From contig OY730414.1 in assembly GCA_963422615.1 (NCBI GenBank), positions 682,001-746,000 on the forward strand: 64,000 nucleotides of DNA. The letters are read 5' to 3'. Position numbers and translations under genes: made by a program. Source of the stretch: Longimicrobiales bacterium. GTDB taxonomy: Bacteria > Gemmatimonadota > Gemmatimonadetes > Longimicrobiales > Gaopeijiaceae. This document shows positions 28,841-38,193 of the stretch, piece after piece. Numbering within the stretch: position 1 is the stretch's first letter; every line of letters starts with the position of its first letter. Below the pieces are notes generated by a model. It saw nothing but the letters and a program-made list of their open reading frames with translations, was not told where the DNA came from and ran no database searches.

Positions 28841-28880
28841 TTCGGGCTGCCGCTTCGCCCAGGGGCTGCGCCCTGAAAGA

Positions 28881-29321
28881 TCATGCCTCCCCCTTCGGGT
28901 GGAGGTCCGTCCCCCTCCGAAGCTCCTGAAGGGTCCGCTGGGCGTGGCTGACGTGGTCCCGCGCTTCGACTTCGGTCGGGCTCCCTGCGAGAAACGCCTC
29001 CAGATGGTCGATTGCGGCGCCCCGGGAACCCCGACGAAGGAGGAGGAATGCCAAGCCGTAGTGGGCTCCTGGAGAGTTGGGATTCCTGTCCAGGACATGC
29101 CGGTACGTCTTGATGGCCTCTTCTTCCATGCCCATGCGCGTATAGCAGATAGCGATTTGTTGGAGAACGATTGGATCGCCCGGAGATTCCTTGAGGGCAA
29201 GGCGCAGGGAGGTCAGAGACTCGTTGAAATTTCCTTCCTTGGCAAGCGCCACGCCTTCTTCGTAGTAGTCGACTCGCTCGGCTTTGCCGGGCCCGCCGAA
29301 GATCTTACTCCAGAAGGACAT
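28881..29321 (-). CDS. Small tetratricopeptide-repeat protein
   Basis: YYEEGVALAKEG..., IAICYTRMG..EAI..Y, AHYGLAFLLL TPR motifs. Confidence 0.85.
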   Translation of the reverse strand: MSFWSKIFGGPGKAERVDYYEEGVALAKEGNFNESLTSLRLALKESPGDPIVLQQIAICYTRMGMEEEAIKTYRHVLDRNPNSPGAHYGLAFLLLRRGSRGAAIDHLEAFLAGSPTEVEARDHVSHAQRTLQELRRGTDLHPKGEA

Positions 29322-29587
29322 GTAGGACGGCTACCGTATCTGGTTCCGGGTATGCGGACACACCACACAGCATGCGGACGCATCCCTTGGGTGTCAAAGC
29401 GAGGGCCGGGAAAACATAGCCGCGGTCAAGCGTGTTCCCCCAAGCATGTCTAACAAGGTATCGGATTCTCCATCTCATACAAGACGGCAATACGCCCGGT
29501 CGGGCTTGGACGCCGCCCCTAGGAGTCCCTAGAAAACCGGTTCGGCTCCCTGAGAAGAATTCGACCTGACCATCCGCTCCGGCCGAA

Positions 29588-31456
29588 TCAGCCGTCTTCA
29601 CTCCGGTACCAATCCTCCCGTAGCCAGTCGGCCAGAAGCTCGATCTCTTCCGGGCTCATGATCTCTTCCGTTCCGAATTGGGGCATGCGGTCGTTGCGGC
29701 TTCCGTAGAAGGACGGGTGGGCAGGGTTACCGATGAACTCAAGGAGCCATTCCCTTGACCCGTAGCCGGTGAGAACGGGACCCCGGTGCTCTTCCACTTC
29801 TCCCTGGAACTCGTGGCACTGCGTGCACCCCATGGATTCCGAAGCGATCAATGCCGTCCCCTCGGCGATCTCAACCCGGTCGGCTTGGTCCATGGTCCCC
29901 TGGTAGGACAGGTCGGCCTGGGCCGAAAGGGCCTTGATCACCTTGCCCAGCTCTTCCATTTGCGCGCGATCAAAGCCGGCGATCCGCCGCTGAACCATCC
30001 GTACCATGCGCCCGTTGGCGAAGTCGGTTCCACCGAAGTACTCCGGGGTTGCGACTCGGGTGGGGTCCAGAAGGCCCTCGATCCATTCACGACTGCCGAA
30101 ACGCTTCAGGTCGGCGGCGGTTTGGGGCTCCGCCCGCTCCCCTCCCAGACCGTCGTGGCCGTCGAAGGCGTGACAGCTCGCGCACCGCTCGGCGAAGACT
30201 CGGGGGCCCTGGGTGAGAGGATCGGTCCGGAGTAATGCCCGCGCCCCGCTTGGGGGAATTCCCTCCGGGGCCCTTGCCAGCTCCACGACCCGCGCCGCGA
30301 CCGCGTCGGCATCGCGCTTCGCCAAGATGAAATCGTCGTTGGCCCGGTCCTGAGCGTAAGCCTGCCAGGTAAGGGCTCCGACCCCCGCCAGAACCCCAGC
30401 CGTCAGCGCCAGGTTGAAGCGGTGGCCCAGGCGCCACCGGGTGGCCAGAGGCATGAGCGCGGCAAGGGTGACCACAAGCGCCGGGATGATGATGGCGCCC
30501 AGGACCTCCGTTCCCGAAGGAAAGTACTTCAGCCACTGGAAGAGAAACATGAAATACCACTCGGGCCGGGCGGCGGCGTAGGGCTCGCTGGGGTCCGCGG
30601 GGGCCCCCAACGACGCGCCCCCGGTTCGGATGACGAAGAAGAGCACCGCCGCCATGACGGCCAGGCAGGCCACCGCATCCCGCAAGACCTGGTCCGGCCA
30701 GAAGACTCCGTCCGCCCTTTCCTCCGGCTTCTTGGCGGTAACTCCGTGCCTGCGGAAGAGAAAGATATGGGCCACCACCACCAGGACCAACGCCGTCGGC
30801 AGGACGCCGGCGTGAAGGGCGAAAAAGCGGGTCAGGGTGAAGTGGCCGTAGTCCGGCCCCCCTACGAGGAGTTGTTGCAGGGCGGGACCCACGACCGGGG
30901 TGATCGAAGCGATGCTCGTCGCGACCTTCGTCGCCCAGTATCCCTCCTGGTCCCAGGGGAGCAAATAGCCGGTCAGCGACAGCCCCATAACGATGTGCAG
31001 CAGGATGATCCCCAGCCAGAAGTTGACCTCTCTGGGGGCCCTGTATGCGCCGTCCACGATCACCTGCACCAGATGGATCACCAGAAGCACCATGGTGGCT
31101 TGGGCCATGTAGTGGTGGACTCCCCGAAGCATCCACCCGCCGGCCATGACGTTCTCGATGTAGTAGACGCTCTCCCAGGCACCCTGGGCGTTGGGACTGT
31201 ACGCGGCCCAGAGGAACAGCCCGGTCAGGAACTGCACGCCCAAGGCGAAGGTGAGCGCGCTCCCCCAGACATAGCGCCACCGGGCCCCTCCGGGGACGGG
31301 TTCGGCCAGCACCCGGGACAGGATCCTCCGGTAGCCGGTCCGGTCGTCCAGCCAGGCGAAAATGGACGTCGCACCCGGGGCGAGCGGGGCCTCGCCGCCA
31401 GTCTTCGGGGAATCGTCCACCCGCCGGGACTTCGTCTCGGCAGGAGCGCCCTTCAC
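29588..31456 (-). CDS. Cytochrome b (with subunit IV-like PEWY region) fused to a diheme cytochrome c
   Basis: RGVHHY...IHL and FALH...AHI heme b His pairs, TGYLLPWDQ, RPEWYF; CASCH and CTQCH. Confidence 0.92.
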   Translation of the reverse strand: MKGAPAETKSRRVDDSPKTGGEAPLAPGATSIFAWLDDRTGYRRILSRVLAEPVPGGARWRYVWGSALTFALGVQFLTGLFLWAAYSPNAQGAWESVYYIENVMAGGWMLRGVHHYMAQATMVLLVIHLVQVIVDGAYRAPREVNFWLGIILLHIVMGLSLTGYLLPWDQEGYWATKVATSIASITPVVGPALQQLLVGGPDYGHFTLTRFFALHAGVLPTALVLVVVAHIFLFRRHGVTAKKPEERADGVFWPDQVLRDAVACLAVMAAVLFFVIRTGGASLGAPADPSEPYAAARPEWYFMFLFQWLKYFPSGTEVLGAIIIPALVVTLAALMPLATRWRLGHRFNLALTAGVLAGVGALTWQAYAQDRANDDFILAKRDADAVAARVVELARAPEGIPPSGARALLRTDPLTQGPRVFAERCASCHAFDGHDGLGGERAEPQTAADLKRFGSREWIEGLLDPTRVATPEYFGGTDFANGRMVRMVQRRIAGFDRAQMEELGKVIKALSAQADLSYQGTMDQADRVEIAEGTALIASESMGCTQCHEFQGEVEEHRGPVLTGYGSREWLLEFIGNPAHPSFYGSRNDRMPQFGTEEIMSPEEIELLADWLREDWYRSEDG

Positions 31457-31463
31457 GGAAATC

Positions 31464-32039
31464 TCATGCGATCGGCGTTTTCTCCGGGCGACCCGGCCGG
31501 AAGTTCCGAAAGCGAATCCAGACCTCGTCGCCGTTCCTGACCTCCACTTCCAAGGTGTCCAAGCTTCGGGGACTCGGGCTGGAGGGGTCGTTTACGACTC
31601 CGGAAAGGTCGAAGCTGCTGTTGTGGCAGGGACACACGAATCGAGACCGGTCTTGAGTCAAATTCACGAAGCAACCGGCATGGGGGCAAAGGACGTTCAG
31701 GGCGCTGACCAAGTTGCCGGAGCGGCGAAGGTAGACGGCGCCCACCGGTACCCTGGGACGGGTATTCCACGCGTCCACGCGATCCGCCATGACCCGAAAC
31801 TTCCGGGGTACGCCGTCGCCGGGAAGGGCCGCCAGCTTCGTGACGAGCACCATCCCGGGATCCCCGCCCGATCGCCTGCGGAGAAGAGGGTCGAAGACGA
31901 CCATGAGGCCGGACCACAGAGGGGCAAGAAGGGAGAGGCCCCCGGCGGCAGCGGCGCCCAATCGCGTCAAGAATCGTCGACGAGCAGGGGGTTCCGGTTT
32001 CGCCGCCACTGCCTCCCTTTCAGGCATTCCCTCGCTCAC
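31464..32039 (-). CDS. Rieske iron-sulfur subunit of a cytochrome bc-type complex
   Basis: Tat anchor RRRFL; CPHAGC and CPCHNSSF boxes; PSPRSLD. Confidence 0.92.
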   Translation of the reverse strand: MSEGMPEREAVAAKPEPPARRRFLTRLGAAAAGGLSLLAPLWSGLMVVFDPLLRRRSGGDPGMVLVTKLAALPGDGVPRKFRVMADRVDAWNTRPRVPVGAVYLRRSGNLVSALNVLCPHAGCFVNLTQDRSRFVCPCHNSSFDLSGVVNDPSSPSPRSLDTLEVEVRNGDEVWIRFRNFRPGRPEKTPIA

Positions 32040-32302
32040 CGCTGCGCCTCTGGCTGTGTTCTCGTCCAGGTCTAGATGGGTAGTTCACAAGGCTACGCAT
32101 GTTACATGGAATCGCCCCGTGCCGCGAATGCGCTTGGGGACGGTACTCCCTTACCTTCCTTGGTTCGTATCCGGTTGGCCCGGACCCGAGGAAGCGGAGA
32201 CGCTCGCCCGACGAATCCCGGTCATCGGGCGCGGCTCGAAACACGGCCCGGATCCACCGCTATAGAGATTATGGAAGAACCGGAAGCGGACAAGGTGAAT
32301 CC

Positions 32303-32331
32303 TTGAGCGATATCCCCGGTTCCCCTATCTT
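32303..32331 (+). promoter_or_regulatory. Putative sigma70 promoter of the tRNA pair
   Basis: TTGAGC-17 nt-TATCTT, about 45 bp upstream of tRNA-Glu. Confidence 0.5.
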
Positions 32332-32374
32332 ACCCTTCGATCGTTTGACCCCAGGAGTCGTGGTTTGGACGAAT

Positions 32375-32447
32375 GCCCCCATCGTCTAGTGGACTAGGAT
32401 ACCTGGTTCTCAGCCAGGAGACCGGGGTTCGATTCCCCGTGGGGGTA
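32375..32447 (+). tRNA. tRNA-Glu (anticodon CTC)
   Basis: Acceptor GCCCCCA/TGGGGGT; anticodon arm CCTGG-ttCTCag-CCAGG; T-loop GGTTCGATTCC; CCA not encoded. Confidence 0.96.
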
Positions 32448-32471
32448 CTCGCAAGTTTGCGGATGGAGTAA

Positions 32472-32544
32472 GGTCGCTTAGCTCAGTCGGTAGAGCACTA
32501 CGCTCACATCGTAGGGGTCGCTGGTTCGAGTCCAGCAGCGACCA
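32472..32544 (+). tRNA. tRNA-Val (anticodon CAC)
   Basis: Acceptor GGTCGCT/AGCGACC; D-arm TAGCTCAGTCGGTAGAGC; anticodon arm CTACG-ctCACat-CGTAG; GGTTCGAGTCC. Confidence 0.96.
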
Positions 32545-32723
32545 TTTGATCGGTCCAGACGTACCTGCCGGGGGTGAAACGGGTACAAGGCCCACGCGGG
32601 CCCTTTAGATCGGGCCCGAAATCGGAGGCCGGACGGGGTCCGTTCGGAGTCTTGTCACGACACGTTCGTCCCGATTCTCGTCCGCAACAGGTTCCCTTGA
32701 TGCCCGCGCTTCCGAGAGGTCCG

Positions 32724-34376
32724 ATGTACCTTCGCCGCTCCGTTCCGGGGCTCCTTGCCCTCCTCGTGCTTTCCGCCGCTATACCCGTTCCCGATCCCTA
32801 TCCCCGTCGGATCGGGATTGATGTGGAGTCGTACCGCTTCGAGCTGGGTTTGAGCGATCACAGCAACGAGATCTCCGGGCGGGCCATCGTGACGGTGCGC
32901 TTCACATCCGACGGCGTCGTTGAGCTCCCGCTCGACCTGACGAACCGCGGCCCCGAAGGCGAGGGGATGGAAGTACTTGCGGTGGAATCGGTTCGGGGCG
33001 TGCATCTCCCGTATACGCATGAAGACAACGTGCTCACGATCCGACTGCCCGAAGCGGGAAGCCGAGGGGGTCGCGCCTCGGTGGTCGTTCGCTACCGGGG
33101 GGTTCCGGCGGACGGACTCCGGATCGGGCCGAACAAGTATGGGGAGCGCACCTTCTTCAGCGACAACTGGCCGGACAAGGCGCGAAACTGGTTGCCGACG
33201 GTGGACCACGTAGCGGAAAAGGCCACGTGCGAGTTCGTCGTCACCGCTCCCGCCCGCTACCAAGTCGTTTCCAACGGCCTTCTCATCGAGGAAACCGATC
33301 TCCCCGACGGGATGCGCCTTTCCCACTGGAAGCAGTCGGTACCGATCTCCCCGTGGCTCTTTGCGGTGGGCGTGGGAAGGTTTGCGGTTCAGCACGCAGG
33401 CGAATTCGAGGGAAGGCCGATCCAGACATGGGTATATGCCCAGGATCGGGACGCCGGGTTCTACGACTTTTCGGTTCCCACGAAACAGGTTCTGGCGTTC
33501 TACGCCGAACACGTCGGGCCCTTTGCCTACGAAAAGCTGGCCAACGTCACGTCCCCTGCAACGGGCGGCGGCATGGAGGCCGCCACCGTGCTGATGTACG
33601 GAGAGAACTCGGTGACCGGGGAGCGGGACGTTCGATGGCGCAACGTCGTCATCCACGAGATTGCGCATCAATGGTTCGGCAATTCCGTCACGGAGTCGGA
33701 CTGGGACGACGTCTGGCTGAGCGAAGGATTTGCGACGTACTTTACCCTCCTCTTCCGGGAGCACGCCTACGGCAGGGACGACTTCGTCACGGGGCTCAAA
33801 CAGGCGGCGGACCGAATCTGGCCGTGGTACGAACAGAATCCGGACTACCCGATTGTTCACGACGACCTGGACGACATGTCTCGCGTGACCAGCGTGGCGA
33901 CGTACCAGAAGGGTGCCTGGGTGCTCCACATGCTCCGAAAGCGAACGGGTGACGAGGCGTTTTGGAGGGGCATCCGGTTGTACTACGCGCGCCACTTCAA
34001 CGGAACCGCTTCCACCGACGACTTCATGCAGGCAATGGAGGAAGCGTCCGGCATGGACCACGACGCGTTCTTCAATCAGTGGCTGCGCCGGGGCGGTAAC
34101 CCCAGTTTCGAGGGGTCGTGGGCGTACGATGCTGCCGAGGCCACGATCCACATCGAGTTGAGCCAGGACCAGGAAACCGACCTGTTCGCGATGCCTCTCG
34201 AGATCGGCGTGTACAGGGAGGGCGACCTGGAGCCCGCACACATCCAGACCGTAGAGATCACGGACGCATTCCATCGGTTTGCCATCCCTGCGCCGGAGGA
34301 GCCCGCCGATGTGCGCCTGGACCCCGATACGCATGCACTTTTTCAGGCCGACTTCAGACCAAGAGGAATCCGATGA
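32724..34376 (+). CDS. M1-family zinc aminopeptidase, secreted
   Basis: GGME, HEIAHQWFGN...WLSEGFATY, YQKGAWVLHMLR; signal peptide. Confidence 0.93.
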   Translation: MYLRRSVPGLLALLVLSAAIPVPDPYPRRIGIDVESYRFELGLSDHSNEISGRAIVTVRFTSDGVVELPLDLTNRGPEGEGMEVLAVESVRGVHLPYTHEDNVLTIRLPEAGSRGGRASVVVRYRGVPADGLRIGPNKYGERTFFSDNWPDKARNWLPTVDHVAEKATCEFVVTAPARYQVVSNGLLIEETDLPDGMRLSHWKQSVPISPWLFAVGVGRFAVQHAGEFEGRPIQTWVYAQDRDAGFYDFSVPTKQVLAFYAEHVGPFAYEKLANVTSPATGGGMEAATVLMYGENSVTGERDVRWRNVVIHEIAHQWFGNSVTESDWDDVWLSEGFATYFTLLFREHAYGRDDFVTGLKQAADRIWPWYEQNPDYPIVHDDLDDMSRVTSVATYQKGAWVLHMLRKRTGDEAFWRGIRLYYARHFNGTASTDDFMQAMEEASGMDHDAFFNQWLRRGGNPSFEGSWAYDAAEATIHIELSQDQETDLFAMPLEIGVYREGDLEPAHIQTVEITDAFHRFAIPAPEEPADVRLDPDTHALFQADFRPRGIR

Positions 34377-36808
34377 AACCTTCAGCCGTAACGATCCTTC
34401 CGCTCTTGATCGCCGGATCCACCGGCCTGCTGATGCCCGGTGGCCTTGTTGGCAGTGGCGCTCCTGGGCTTGCACAGGAGCAGGAGCAGGACGAAACAGG
34501 GGACGGTGAAGATCAGGAAAAGACGACGTCCTACAGCGACGTCATCACGGAAGACGCGGTGACCAGCGAAGGCCTTTTCGATACCCACATGATCGACGGC
34601 AACCTCTTCTACGAGATTCCCATGGACATGCTGGACCGGGAGATGCTCCTTCTCACGAGGGTTGCGCGCACGCCGGCCGGCGCCGGATACGGCGGATCGA
34701 AGGCAAACACGTCTACGGTCCGCTGGGAGCGCAACGAGGAGCGGGTTCTGCTCCGCTTGGTGAGCTACCAGAACTTCGCGGACGAGGCCACTCCGGTTTC
34801 CGAAGCGGTGAGGAATTCCAACTTCGAGCCCATCGTCATGGCCTTCGACATCGCGACGATGCCCGAGGATTCGTCAGCCGTTGTCGTGGAGGTCACGGAT
34901 CTGTTCACCGACGACGTGACGTTGTTGGGCTTGCCGAAGTTCCGCAGGGAGCAGTTCAGCGTCCGGCGGCTGGACGCCGACCGAACCTACGTTGTGCGCG
35001 CCAGGGCTTTCCCCCGGAATATCGAGGTGCGGCGAGTGGTCACCTACGAAGCCACCGAGCCCCCCTCCAATGCGGCGAGCAACACCTTGTCGATGGAGAT
35101 GCATCACTCAATGCTCCTCCTGCCCGAGGAACCCATGGAGCCGCGCCTGTGCGACGAGCGGGTGGGCTTCTTCAGCACCCGCCAGATTGATTACGGGCTG
35201 GATGAACAGCGGGCCGTGACCCGATGCCATATTACGCGCTGGCGACTCGAGCCGAGCGATCCGGAGGCCTTCGCCCGGGGGGAGCTCGTGGACCCCGTGA
35301 AGCCCATCGTCTACTACATCGATCCTGCGACGCCTCCCAAGTGGATCCCGTACATCAAGCAGGGTGTTGAGGATTGGCAGCCCGCCTTCGAGCGGGCCGG
35401 CTTCAGGAATGCGATCGTCGCCAGGGATGCGCCGGCCGACGACCCTGGCTGGAGCCCTGAAGACGCGCGCTATTCGGTGATTCGGTACCTTGCCTCCCCG
35501 GTCCAGAACGCATCGGGTCCTCATGTGCACGACCCGCGCACCGGCGAGATTCTCGAAAGCGACATCCAGTGGTATCACAACGTGATGAACCTGTTGCGCA
35601 ACTGGTTCTTTGTTCAGACGGCAGCGGTCAACGAAGACGCTCGGGCTGTGAAGTTCGACGACGCCCTGATGGGTGAGCTCATCCGTTTCGTGTCCGCCCA
35701 CGAGGTCGGCCACACCATCGGGCTCCAGCACAACATGCAGGCGTCAGCCGCGTACCCCGTCGAACAGCTCCGCACTCCCTTCACGTGTGAGATGGGGGTC
35801 GCGCCGTCCATCATGGACTACGCCCGCTTCAACTATGTCGCGCAGCCCGGGGACGATGCCTGTCTCATGCCATTGGTCGGCCCCTATGACCGGTTCGCCG
35901 TCGAGTGGGGTTATCGGCCCTTCCTCGGCAAAGATCGGGAAAGCGAACGGGAGGACTTGCGGGCGATGGTCGTGGAAATGCAGGAAGATCCGGTGTACCG
36001 CTTTTCCAGTCCGACCGGATCCGATCCTACGGCGCTCACCGAGGCCATCGGGGACGACGCCATGCGAGCGTCCGACTACGGCGTTGAGAACCTCAAGCGC
36101 ATCGTTGATCAGCTGACGGAGTGGACGTTTCAGGAGGGGGAGGACTATTCCCAGCTCCAGGAGTTGTACAACAATGTCGTGTCCCAATGGGGCCGCTATA
36201 CCGGTCACGTCGTCGCCAACGTCGGGGGCGTGGTGAGGACGCGGAAGCGCCAGGGTCAGGACGGCGTCCCCTACCAACGGGTTTCGAAGGACCGCCAGGA
36301 AAGGGCGATGGAGTACATCAACCGGCAGGTCTTTGCGACGCCGGTCTGGTTGCTGGATTCCGACATCCTGGACCGCTTCCAGGGGAGCGGCGCGACCGAC
36401 CTCGTCCGTTCCCGCCAGACGGCCGCTCTCAACCAAGTGCTCAATGTCGACCGGATGAAGCGACTCGTCGAACAGGAAGCCTTTCACGGCGCCGACGCGT
36501 ATTCCCTGGGTGAAATGCTGGCCGACCTCCGGGCCGGCGTCTGGTCCGAAGTATCTTCCGGCCAAGCGACCGACGCGTACCGGAGGAATCTCCAGCGGGC
36601 CTACCTGGACCGGATGCGGGCGCTCACGGAGAACGAAGAGGCGATGAAAACCGATGTTGCCCCCTTCGTTCGCGGGGAGCTTGCGCTGCTCCGCGACGAT
36701 TTGGAAGACGCAGCCGAAGGCGCCTCCCACGGAGCCACGCGGTTGCACTTTCTTGACGCTGCCGCGCGCATCGATGCGATTCTGGAAATCGAAGGAGCAG
36801 ACCGATGA
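34373..36808 (+). CDS. Secreted zinc-dependent metalloprotease (DUF5117/DUF4953, EcxA-like)
   Basis: DERVGFF, KPIVYYID, DPRTGEILESDI, HEVGHTIGLQHN, Met-turn SIMDY; ATGA overlap with the M1 gene. Confidence 0.9.
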   Translation: MKPSAVTILPLLIAGSTGLLMPGGLVGSGAPGLAQEQEQDETGDGEDQEKTTSYSDVITEDAVTSEGLFDTHMIDGNLFYEIPMDMLDREMLLLTRVARTPAGAGYGGSKANTSTVRWERNEERVLLRLVSYQNFADEATPVSEAVRNSNFEPIVMAFDIATMPEDSSAVVVEVTDLFTDDVTLLGLPKFRREQFSVRRLDADRTYVVRARAFPRNIEVRRVVTYEATEPPSNAASNTLSMEMHHSMLLLPEEPMEPRLCDERVGFFSTRQIDYGLDEQRAVTRCHITRWRLEPSDPEAFARGELVDPVKPIVYYIDPATPPKWIPYIKQGVEDWQPAFERAGFRNAIVARDAPADDPGWSPEDARYSVIRYLASPVQNASGPHVHDPRTGEILESDIQWYHNVMNLLRNWFFVQTAAVNEDARAVKFDDALMGELIRFVSAHEVGHTIGLQHNMQASAAYPVEQLRTPFTCEMGVAPSIMDYARFNYVAQPGDDACLMPLVGPYDRFAVEWGYRPFLGKDRESEREDLRAMVVEMQEDPVYRFSSPTGSDPTALTEAIGDDAMRASDYGVENLKRIVDQLTEWTFQEGEDYSQLQELYNNVVSQWGRYTGHVVANVGGVVRTRKRQGQDGVPYQRVSKDRQERAMEYINRQVFATPVWLLDSDILDRFQGSGATDLVRSRQTAALNQVLNVDRMKRLVEQEAFHGADAYSLGEMLADLRAGVWSEVSSGQATDAYRRNLQRAYLDRMRALTENEEAMKTDVAPFVRGELALLRDDLEDAAEGASHGATRLHFLDAAARIDAILEIEGADR

Positions 36809-36828
36809 ATCGAAGGAGCAGATTGATG
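36787..36828 (+). repeat. 21-bp tandem duplication containing an RBS and ATG
   Basis: aatcgaaggagcagaccgatg / aatcgaaggagcagattgatg. Confidence 0.85.
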
Positions 36829-38151
36829 AAGGGTTGGACGTGGCACGTATCGGTTTTTGCTCTGTTCCTCTCTTGGGCGGCCGCCCTCGGCCTTTCCGCT
36901 CAGCAGATGGGGGGCATGGATTCGGAAGGGGTGACTGTCCTCCGCGCGGCCCGCCTCCTGGATGTAGAAACCGGCGAGATGCATCGCGATGCGGTGCTCG
37001 TCGTCGAAGACGGTGTGATTGCAGCGGTCAACCCGGTCTCTGTACCCGAGGTGACGCACGACATGAACCTGGGCGACGTGACGCTTCTGCCCGGCTTCAT
37101 CGATGCCCACACCCACCTGGGTGGCCAGATCAGTGCGACCTCCTTTTCGGACGCGGTTACCCAGACCGAGGTCAGGGGGGCGTACAATGCCGTCCTGTAC
37201 GGCGGTCTCACCGTCCGGGCGGGCTTCACGACGGTTCGAGACTTCGGGGGCGAGGTTACCGTCGAGCTTGCGAAGGCCGTCGAGCGGGGGGACATTGTGG
37301 CCCCCCGGGTGATTCCGTCCCGCCGTCCTTTGGGCATCACCGGGGGTCACTGTGACGTCACCGGTTTCGCCCCGGGGATCCTGGAAGGCGGCCCGGCGGA
37401 GGGCGTCGCCGACGGCCCCTGGCAGGTGATTCAGGCGGTTCGCTACCAGATCAAGCACGGCGCCCAGGTCATCAAGACGTGCGCGACCGCGGGCGTGCTT
37501 TCGATGGAGGGTCCGGTAGGCGCCCAGCAGTACACCTACGAGGAGCTTGAAGCGATGGTGGAGGAGGCCGCCCGCCACGGGATCAAAGTGGCCGCCCACG
37601 CCCACGGCTCCGAAGGGATCCTCGCTGCCGTGCGGGCAGGCGTCGCGTCCATTGAGCACGGTTCGATCCTCACCGACGAGATCATGGATCTCATGATCCA
37701 GAAGGGGACGTACCTCGTCCCGACCACGTATCTGGTGGATCACGTCCCCCTCCACCAGCTTCCCCCGCTGGTTCGCCGCAAAGCCGAGGAGATTCTCCCC
37801 CACGCCCGGGCCAGCGTGCGGCGGGCGATTCAACGGGGCGTTCCCATCGCCTTCGGCACCGATGCTGGCGTCTTCCCCCACGGAGAGAATGCCGGCGAAT
37901 TTGCCGTGTACGTCGAGATGGGCATGAGTGAACTGGACGCCCTCCGCACCGCCACCGTCCACGCGGCCGATCTCTTGGGAACGCAAGATCGGGGTCGACT
38001 CGCCGAGGGCCTGCTCGCGGACGTGATCGCGGTTCCCGGCAACCCTCTTGATGACATCGCGGTCACACGGGATGTCCGCTTCGTGATGCTGGGTGGGCGG
38101 GTCCTGAAGCATGTGGTGGGAGGCCACGACATGCATTCCATGGGCCACTAA
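36805..38151 (+). CDS. Secreted metal-dependent amidohydrolase (Xaa-Pro dipeptidase-like); alternative start 36826
   Basis: PGFIDAHTH, AGFTTVRD, VAAHAHG, SIEHG, FGTDAGVFPHG. Confidence 0.92.
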   Translation: MNRRSRLMKGWTWHVSVFALFLSWAAALGLSAQQMGGMDSEGVTVLRAARLLDVETGEMHRDAVLVVEDGVIAAVNPVSVPEVTHDMNLGDVTLLPGFIDAHTHLGGQISATSFSDAVTQTEVRGAYNAVLYGGLTVRAGFTTVRDFGGEVTVELAKAVERGDIVAPRVIPSRRPLGITGGHCDVTGFAPGILEGGPAEGVADGPWQVIQAVRYQIKHGAQVIKTCATAGVLSMEGPVGAQQYTYEELEAMVEEAARHGIKVAAHAHGSEGILAAVRAGVASIEHGSILTDEIMDLMIQKGTYLVPTTYLVDHVPLHQLPPLVRRKAEEILPHARASVRRAIQRGVPIAFGTDAGVFPHGENAGEFAVYVEMGMSELDALRTATVHAADLLGTQDRGRLAEGLLADVIAVPGNPLDDIAVTRDVRFVMLGGRVLKHVVGGHDMHSMGH

Positions 38152-38193
38152 CGGACCATCCATAGGGTTTTGGGGGGGACTTGGGGGGAGCGA

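Noticed and set aside
32375..32544. tRNA pair as the integration site of a genomic island
   Set aside because: No integrase nearby and no duplicated tRNA 3' end seen by eye; the 11-nt GGTTCGAGTCC match near 12561 is too short to matter.
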